Below the pieces are notes generated by a model, which worked only from the letters and a program-made list of their open reading frames with translations, was not told where the DNA came from and did not search any database. The position numbers were made by a program, and so were the translations under genes. From assembly GCA_045837725.1 (NCBI GenBank), contig JBEWZL010000300.1, forward strand, positions 310,001 through 374,000: a DNA stretch of 64,000 bases, written 5' to 3'. Shown in pieces: positions 52,861-64,000 of the stretch; the first letter of the stretch is position 1, and each line of letters opens with the position of its first letter. The DNA comes from Vermamoeba vermiformis (lineage: Eukaryota).

Positions 52861-55800
52861 TTACAAGTTCTCTTTCTTGAGCGTTGACAGATCTAAACTC
52901 GATCCATCCGTTTCAGAACTGGCGTTCTTTGGTGCACCGTAACCACCGCCACCAGGTGTCAAAATACGGACGCGATCACCTTTCTTAACACGCACTACGT
53001 TTTTGCCACCCAAAAACACGGTGCGTCCATCGCGTAACAACAGTTCGTTGCGACCTCTAGCCCCATCCAGACCTCCGTGCAGACCATGCGGCGCTGGAGA
53101 TAGCTTAGTTAACACATTGCAGCTAACGTTAGATGTATACTAACCAAGTGAGCGGCGTTCAGACAGAATGCCTACCGACATGTCGTCTTTCAAGAATTCC
53201 AGATCGCGCACCACACCGTCACCACCACGATATTGCCCAGCACCACCCGAGCCAGTGCGCACTGAGAACTCGTGCACCATCACTGGGTAGCGTCGTTCGA
53301 GAATCTCAGCGTCAGTGATGCGTGTGTTGGTCATGTGCGTCTGCACGGCGTCTTGACCGTGCCACGAGGGACCTGCGCCTGACCCTCCCGCAATCGTCTC
53401 GTCTGATCCGAGGTCAGTGATTATGAATCGAAAGGCAGTTACGTACAGTAGCCCATAGTCTCGTCACCGAAAGTAAAGTTGTTCATGCAGCCCTGACTGT
53501 TGGCCACAGCTTGAAAGCCGTGCAAGATGACATCTGTCACGCGCTGACTGGTCAACACGTTGCCGCCGACCACTGCTGCAGTGTCAGAGGGCGACAAGAA
53601 GGTACCATCCGGAATGATGATGGAGATCGGGTTCAAACAGCCCTGGTTGAGAGGCACCACACGCTTGACCAAACAACGCAAGCAGTAAATGATTGCAGAA
53701 GTGGTGACAGCGCGAGGAGCATTGATATTGCCGTAGATCTCTGGATCAGTGCCCGTGAAGTCAAACACTGCTGTGCCGTGCTCGCGATCGATGGTCAACT
53801 TGAGTCGAATGGTCGCACCGTCGTCCATCGAGTCTGAGGCGTACAACGAGTCCACTGGCTTCAAGTTGTGACGCAGCGACAAGTCCTTCAACATCTCACG
53901 CACTGCGAGCTCGGCATTCTCTTGCACTGCAGGACACTTGTGTTAGTGGTGCGCACATCAATCACTCGACAGCAGCTCTTACCGTATCGCATGTACGCGT
54001 GCACGACGTCCAGGCCGTACTTGTTGATCAAATCATTCACGAGTCCAATGCCCTTGTTGTTAGCTGCCACTTGAGCACGTAAGTCCGACAAGTTGTCCGA
54101 CAGATTGCGAGTGCCCGAGCAGGGTGCTTGCCATGACTCGCGGTGCATTTTAGCGGGCGACATCAACAGCTCGGTGATGCCTTCTTCTTGGAACTGACCG
54201 TCGCGCACCAGCTTGAATGCTTTAATGCACGCACCTTCTTCAACAAGCTCTTTGGAGAATGGTGGCATGGAGCCCGGTGAAATACCACCAATGTCTGCGT
54301 GGTGACCTCTGTTAGCCACGTAGAACACTGGCTGGCCGTCCTTGAATACCTGCAAATGTCACCGAGGTAAGATTAGACGTAAGCATAGATACGACTATTC
54401 ACTTACAGGGGTGATGACAGTGATGTCAGGCAAGTGACTGCCACCAGCTTCAGGATGATTCGACACAATCACTTCACCCTCGTGCCAATCGTGGCCCATA
54501 GTCTTGATTTGATATTTCACTGCCTCTTGCATGGCACCAAGATGCACGGGCAAGTGAGGTGCATTGGCCACGAGTCCACCATCGGGCTGCACAGCAATCA
54601 TGAGTCATTGTGTTATTTAACGCGTGCCTCCACTTACACCAAACAAAGCGCACGAGAAGTCCAAGCGTTCCTTGATGTTCGTTGAAATTGAAGTGCGTTG
54701 CAAGGTGCGGCCCATCTGTTCGGCAATGCTCATGAAACGATGCGCGAACACTGAGAGCAGAATGTTGTCCAACTCCGTGCTGTAATGCTTATTAGTCAAC
54801 GAATATTTTTAAGTATTATAACGTACCCAATTTTCTTGCGAGCACCAGATCCAATGGTGATTTTAACGTCACCGCTGTCAGTCACTTCAGCGCTACAATC
54901 AGGCTCCACAACAGTCGACGTAGTGTTGTCCAAGATGATTGCAGGGCCATCAATCACGTCACCAGCACCGAGTTCTGACAGCAAGTAGAGCGGTGTGTCC
55001 TTGCGTCCTCCCTAACCAGAGTTAATTACTAGTGCATATGTACTTTATTGTCATACCTCGAAGTAGCACTGAGCCGTCTTGATGGGCGTAGGCTTCTTAG
55101 CTGACTTGGCGATGTTGATTTGCGCAATTGAAGTTGATTGACCAATGGCACGAATGCGCACGTCATCGATTTCAATGTTGCGGATCTAACCGGCAATTAA
55201 TTAATTACGTCCAACACAACAGTCGTTAGTACTTACGGGCATCAAGAAGCCGTACTCTCGCTTGTATTGAGCTTCAAATGCCTCACGATAGTTGCCGTTC
55301 TCTGGCTTCTCAATCATGATGGCGTTGTCTGTACCTTGATAACGCAAGTTCAAGAATCTCTGTTGAATAGTGAGTCGTTATATATGTGATAGGATCACCT
55401 CAATGATAAAGCATTGCTTACCTTAATGACTACACGGTTGTCAGGGAATCCCTTTTCTTTCAAATTCTTTTCACCCTCGGCTGCTAAAGCATCGAGTTTC
55501 TTGTTGATTTCAACCATTGCCTCAGGGCTGTATTTAACACCACCGACTGGGTCCTAATAGGCGTTAGTTACTGCATACCAATAAATTGCTTGTCATACTT
55601 GTAACTCGAAGACAACGTCAGCGAGACCCAAGCCATAAGCACTCAAAATGGAACAGAACTTGTGCACAAAGACCGTGCTCATGCCTATGGCAATTAATTA
55701 GTCATATGACCTAATGTATCTCCAGAATGACGTACCTAAGTTACGAGCAATGGCGCACGCGTGTTGAGGACCAGCACCACCGAACACAGACAAAATGTGT

Positions 55801-57938
55801 TGCGACTACGAGGCTATTAATGATAATAAATAAGGTGTAGGACTTACGGCATCATGGCCCTTAGCCTCAGTCAAGTTGCGAATAGGACGGCACATGGTTT
55901 CATTGGCCACGCGAATGAATCCATAGGCCACTTCGTCTTCAGTCAACTGTTGCACTGGTTCGTCTGGCTTGCGAATACCCTGAAAGATACCATTGGTGTA
56001 AATAACTTTATGCTGTTAGAGGATTATGGTGAGTACCTTCTGAACCTCCTTGGCGTAGTGCTCCTTGAAGTACGTGTTGATAGTCTTCGTCAACTCAACA
56101 AATGCAGCACGAGAGGCCTCAACATCAAGGGCCTCGTTTTCATTGGGGCCAAAGATCTTGGGGAAGAATTCAGGGATGACACGACCCAAGAACACATTGG
56201 CGTCAGTGATGGCCAAGTAGCCGTTCTTGCGGTAGCAGATTGGTCCTGGATGCGCTGAAGCTGATTCAGGGCCCGCAATGAACAAGCCATCGCGGAAGAA
56301 CAATCGCGATCCACCTGGCACGAATATTAGAACTAACACTACGACAATAAGGATAATGTTGCATACCTCCAGCAGCCACTGTGTTGATGTCAAGTTGCGG
56401 TGCTTGAATGAACACACCGGCTGTCTCAGTCTCAAACACGTGCTCGTATTCACCGTCATAGCGCGACACATCAGTAGAAGTGCCTCCCTGTTGTCATTAG
56501 CAACACTGCCCATCCATCTTATATCTTACCATATCAATGCCGATGACAGGCTGCTTCGTGTTCTTGTCGTAAGTGGTCATGGCATAGCCGACAACACCAC
56601 CTGCAGGACCGGAAAGAATGGACCTGTAGCCGTTGAACAGATCCACGGGACACAGACCACCATCACTCATCATGAACGAGACGTCCACCTTGGAGAAGTT
56701 GTCGTCAAATCCGCTCGAAAATCCTTTGATGTATTGCTTGATGAGCGGTGTCAAGTACGCGTCAACAACTGCTGTGTGACCACGAGGCACAATCTTGACC
56801 ATGGACATGAGGCTACGTGCATAATTAATACTCGCACAACCATTTGTTAGAGCTAATATTACGTACCTAGACGAAATTGAGATCTGTTCGAAGCCCATTT
56901 GTTCGCAGAGTTGTCCGATCTGTTCTTCGTGCTTGCGGAATGTGTACGAGTGCATTAAAACAACGGCCACTGATTTGATTCCTGCATTACGAGCGTCCTG
57001 TAGAGGCTATTAGCATTTGTTGTACAGGACTTTTCCTTCCGCGACTCACTTGTAACTGCACTCGAATTTCATCGAGGTTTGGCTTCTTCAAGACCTCGAC
57101 CCATTCATCAGTAACGCCCTTGACGAGCTCGTTGTCTTTTTTCCAATAGTTAATTTATCTTGTTGTGCGTGTTCAAGCTTACCTTTCAGATCTTGTTCTG
57201 TAGGAGTCTTCTTAAATAGTCGAACACGTTCATCGACTTCAATTACGCGCTCATATAATAGCTCGGGCTTTTTGATCTCCAAATCGAAGATGAATGGACG
57301 CGTTTGATTGCCTACAAAAAACTTTCAGCAAGATCCATTGATGTTGCGTCATTGCAATAACGTACCAATCTTTAATAGGTCTCTAAATCCCTTTGTAGTA
57401 ACTAATACAACACGCTCTCCTTTTCGCTCTAATAAAGCGTTGGTCGCTACAGTAGTTCCCATACGAATAAACTCAATATCTTTAGTAGGAATTTTCTGTC
57501 CTCGAGGAATCGGTTGTCCGGTATACTAATAATATTATTGTTATATTATATAGCCAGTTGAGATGGAGAAAGCCGTGCAGTTGTAATGCGACATTTCATT
57601 TTCAAATTGCAAAATAAATTGAAGTGTCGTTACAATCCAATAGGCATATAAATAATTATAAAAATGCATGAAAATAGATCACAAGTAAATTGATTATTAC
57701 CTTTTCTAAAATACGACGGATCCCCTCACGTGGCGCGTCGTCATAATGACTTGGATCAACAGATAATAACTTGTGAACGACATAACCTTTTTCATTAGGG
57801 ACCTGTTGATAACAAATTATTAGATCCACACGTGCAGAAGGTCAATCTGGCCAATGTCAGGATCTCGCTTACCTCGGCGTAGATGTCGGTGAAAGTACCG
57901 CCACGGTCGATAGAAAATCTAAACTTTTTAGCAGCCAT
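52861..57938 (-). CDS. OPLAH: 5-oxoprolinase (ATP-hydrolysing), multi-exon
   Basis: [120 protein letters not shown]. Confidence 0.98.
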
Positions 57939-58052
57939 CTCAAATTATATTATTAGATTTGTGCTATCGGCGGCGCTAAGGATCAGTAAGTGCGTGGAAA
58001 ATATCAAAACATTTTTTTATTGCACAGCCAAGCGCGAACACAAATAAGCACT

Positions 58053-58453
58053 ATGGACCCTGAAAATTCCGGCTCAGTATCTGAGAACAGCAAGGTCGCT
58101 AGATCATTGAAGACTGCCCCCTTCACCGGCAGATTCCCCAATCAAAGACAAGAGAAGTACTGCTGGGCTGCTTACGTGCAATTCAACAAATGCTCTGCTG
58201 CCAAGAGCGAAGATGACGAAGAATGTGTTAGATACAAACATTATTTCCGCAGCTTGTGCCCTAATGAATGGGTAAATAACATTATTTTTTGTTTTATGAA
58301 TCTACAATATTTTTTTTTATATTCGCTAATGGGTCTAAAATTGCGTATTAATCATAATTGCATTCACAGATCGAATCATGGGATGCTCAAAAAGAAGGCA
58401 ATATTTTCCCTGGTCAGGTTCAATGGAAACACACCCAATCTAACCACCACTAA
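58053..58453 (+). CDS. COX6B: Cytochrome c oxidase subunit 6B/Cox12 (2 exons)
   Basis: KTAPFTGRFPNQRQEKYCWAAYVQFNKC...EC..YK..FRSLCPNEW|IESWDAQKEGNIFPG. Confidence 0.93.
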
Positions 58454-58802
58454 ATATCCACGGTCATGTAGTTAAATATTAAGCATTCATAATTGGCAGA
58501 TAAAATTAATTTTGAAATATATGGAATCGATGTAAATGAATAATAATTTGATATGCATCTACAACCCAAATCCCCTTTTCGAACCAGCCAAATTTTTGTT
58601 TCTATCAAAATAAATCAATATTTTAAATAAGCTATAATAACATCGCCATTATAAATCAAGCCGTTATGCCAGGATCGATATTGGAATTTCTACTCGTCAT
58701 TCACGAACCAATCAAAATTGCATTTAACGTCATTAGGGAGCTTAGTCTATATACAAATGGAGTCTATTTACTGTAAAAACACAAATATAACAACAAAGAG
58801 GC

Positions 58803-60644
<1,842 letters not shown>

Positions 60645-60835
60645 TGTGTTGTTGTGTTGAATAAAGAATTATTAATTTGTTGGTTTTTTGTTGAATTTAT
60701 TCTGCGAGGCTCAAGAAGGCACGTGTTCGGATAAAAATAGGAACGTGGATCATATGACGAAGAGTTACACTATATGAGCGAGTGATGGTGAGGTGATGAG
60801 AACCCTTTATATGGCGTTCAAAGACAGATCAGTCT

Positions 60836-63800
60836 TTAGTCTTCAGCAACAACGGGAGTCTGATCCAAACCAGTGTACAACAACGGGAATAACGGCTGTG
60901 ATCTCTTGAAGGCGCGGGTATTAGCGTCGGTGACAACGATCGTGTCAGGCAAGGCAGTGGGCACTTCGGTCGCGTTGTTGTACACGCGAGTGCTCAACTT
61001 TCTTCTGTTCTTGGACAGCGGTGAGACGTAGTGCTCGTAGAAGGCCATGATATCGTCCTTCTTAAGGGCTTCGATAAGAGTAGCTTCCTTAGCATCTAGT
61101 GACAAAGTTGTAGTCAGCACGCGGATAATTTGAACTTCAGATTTTCGGATCTTACCTCGATCGAACCAGTAAGTGTGAGGATTGGCAACTTCCTTCCAGA
61201 ATCTTTCGGATTCTTGTTTCAATGACTTGTCTTTCTCTAACTTGCGAGCAATCAATGATTGGCAGTGGTTGGTCCATTCCTCCTCGGACAAGGTGCTCAA
61301 ATTGTCTTTTACACTTGCGAGGAAGGTCTCAATGCGCTCATCGAGGTAAGCAGGATCCCTTTGAAGCGAGTTAGGTTAATTTTCAGAAAAGGTGACTAAT
61401 ATTGACGTACTTGACCGAGGACTGAATGATGACTCTGAAGGCCAAGACACCGCAATCAACTTTAATGCCGCTGAACACAATGTAGCCCAATTGTTCCACG
61501 GTGCGCAGTTGATTGAAGCAATCAGATTGAATGATTTGATTGAACAGTTCTAAGAGGGCCATATCCTTCATATTATCGACACCGACCTACTCAGCAGATG
61601 AGTGCACAGTTCTTATTTAACCTTTCAGTAGTACTACTTACCGTGTAGATGTTCTCAATGGCGTGGTTGATTTGCTTGGGATCAAGGACCTTCATTTGAT
61701 ACACCACAGGAGTGTTGACGGGCAACATGACCACACGACGCTCGGGCAATTGACCGGTCCAGACTCCGTTGAACGAGAGGGCCGACTCAATCTCAGTGAG
61801 CACTGACAGCGCTTCTTTGTGCGTGATGTTGCCAAGGAACAACATCTCGACGAAGAGTTGCTTCAACAAGCGTGGGATGAACTCGCGCAGTTGTTCGGGT
61901 GTGATTTCTATGAATTATTATTAGCTCTCGCGAGTTATTACTAGTTCCGTGACTTACTGTCAACAACTTGGATGTACTCGTCAAATGTCCATCGAACACT
62001 TTCGAGCGTCACACTAGTCTTGTAGGTAGCCAGTGAGTACGGGTGGCTGCGCAAGAAGTTCTTGTATTCGCGTGAAGCAGCCTCGCGGAGCACGAAGAAT
62101 CGAGCATCTTCGAACTGCAAATTGGCCAGTCTCTCGAACGCCTTCTTCACGAGAATGTGTTGCTTGCAATTGTAGCCTTTGACTTCAAGCTAGAATAACA
62201 GTTAGATTACCTGCTTATCTACGTGCAGTACTTACAGCTAGACCTTCAACGGTGTTACTGAGGGCGTAGCTGAGGCCTGCGATATCGGCGTCATAAGCGA
62301 ATCTAAGCTATTAGTTAATACACGTAGTATTATGATTGCTGTACGTACTCATTCAATGAGTCAGTCAACAGCTTGCAGAACAGCTTGGACATGACGACAG
62401 CTGAGGGACTTTCATAAGCGACAGGACTGTTGATCTCAAAGTTCAAAATGGCACGAGGCAATTTGAATGTGGTATCTTGTTTGAACCACAGCTTCATCTT
62501 GTTGTCACTGCGCAATAAAATGGGCACGGGCGATGAGAACTTCTCGGTGGCTTGTTTAATAGTGAAGTCATCAGGAATGAACGGGTTAGGTGCGGGTAAG
62601 TGCAAGTCCTTCTCAAGCGGTGCGTTCAACCATTGCTACAAAGATGTTAGGAAACAATGCTTCAACGATGCTACCAATATTTACCTTGATTTCTTCGTCG
62701 GTGATAGCCTCCTCGCTGTAATTGACCTTGTACCATCGCTCTTCTTTATCAGTCTTGCCTTCAAACTTGGTCGAGATGATGGACACACGCAAGTTCTCGG
62801 GGGTGAAGTAACCGAGAGTTTGGTGGATCAACTCGGGGTCATAGTCCTCGTTCAAATGATCGCCAGCCAAGATGTATTTCTCGGGATAAACTTGCATGTT
62901 TTGAGCAACAGTAGGCAAGTATCTAAAGGGCTCTTCCTTGTCCTTGAATCTGAAACCCATTTCAGCTAATTGACGGATCTGCACGGAAGTTAGTTTCAGC
63001 GTTAAACAGCCATATTAATATCACGTACTTCTCCGAACAATTGCTCAGTGACACCTTCTTTTTTGATCAAAGAAATGTATTGGAACACAATAGCGATAAT
63101 GTCGTTCACGTGCTCTTCACCTTCAGGAGTGAGGGCAACGTTGATTTTGAACAGCGCAAAGTCGCTTTCACTGGTGGTAGGGCCGGCAACGAGAGCTGTG
63201 GCCCAGCCTTTGTTCTTCAAAATCGACAAAATTGAACCTGGACCCTCGTGACCAGTCAAGTGCGACAAGTAGTGCGCTGGCTTCTTGGTGTACAAAGAGT
63301 GTTGTCCGGGGATTGGCCAGCACAAGTCGAGACTGCGCAAGTCTTGCACGGGCACAACACTGAATCTCTTTCTCAACTCGGTTTGAGTGAAGGGCTTGCC
63401 ATTGAACTTGGGCAGTGTCACGTGCTTGTTCTTGACACCGCTGAACATGTCACGTGCCCATTTTTCCAATTGGTCTAAAGGCTCTCGGCCCAAAATGCAC
63501 AACTTCATAATGTTGCTCGAGTAATAGGTCTCGTGGAACTTCAACAATTGTTCGCGAATATCACTACGAGACTTTAAGGTCTCCAAACTGCCCGTGCCAA
63601 ACTTGGAGTACGGGTGTTCTTTGCTGGCAGTCGAGTGCATCAATTGATCCTCGCGCCACAAGTCACTTTGAAGGTTCTTGCTGTGCTCTGTAGAGACGAA
63701 TTAGCCGCATCTTATTAATTTTCCGTGACGTACCGCTGTCAACAGCATTCATCTCGCGCTCAGTAGCAGATTCAGTGAATAAGGGCGCTACGAAGAACTG

Positions 63801-64000
63801 GGCAAATCTTGACAGATCTGCGATTAGTATGCGGTCAGACACGGTAAAGATTTTACAGTACCTGTCAAGAGCTCCTTCTAATTGATTGGCATTAATTTCA
63901 AAATAGTAGTTCGTGTCTTCTGCAGCAGTAAAAGCGTTGGATTGACCACCGTGCTAAGCAGTAAAGTTCAGTTTGTGGAGTTAATTAATGAAATACCACG
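60836..64000 (-). CDS. IDE: Insulin-degrading enzyme / M16A metalloendopeptidase (multi-exon; 5' part outside window)
   Basis: [26 protein letters not shown]...[59 protein letters not shown]. Confidence 0.93.

Overview
Gene-dense eukaryotic DNA with the standard genetic code and many short GT-AG introns (about 40-60 nt). Promoters and gene 5' ends are AT-rich and gene bodies are GC-richer. The gene set and intron style suggest a free-living protist, plausibly an amoebozoan (inference only). About 31 protein-coding genes can be reconstructed, mostly conserved housekeeping genes: RalGAP-alpha-like, an RCC1-repeat protein, OST4, Rxt3-like, RPS7, a MAP3K, RPC7, TTP/ZFP36, RecQ, Rab4, NDUFAF8, STX6, TMEM258, NEMF, BCKDHA, TMEM209, a CaiB/SUGCT CoA-transferase, EMC2, GPR137-like, an HD hydrolase, OPLAH, COX6B, NBR1 and IDE. 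Several of these are missed or fragmented by the ORF track. The most striking unexplained signal is a highly iterated palindrome family, TGACA(C/G)GTGTCA and TCACGTGA. It invades coding exons, where it coincides with recurrent His-Val(-Thr) and Thr-Pro-Val peptides. It also forms near-identical branch-point/3' splice ends in introns of unrelated genes. Other notable items are a lipase-3 + P-loop GTPase fusion gene of deviant composition, a decayed inverted-repeat element at 5.4-6.0 kb, an intron-rich bacterial-type aldolase/SDR fusion 70 bp downstream of a CBM20 + pseudo-hydrolase gene, and AU-rich elements in the TTP gene's own 3' UTR. I saw no rRNA, tRNA or CRISPR. Exon boundaries were read by eye and family calls rest on remembered motifs, not database searches.
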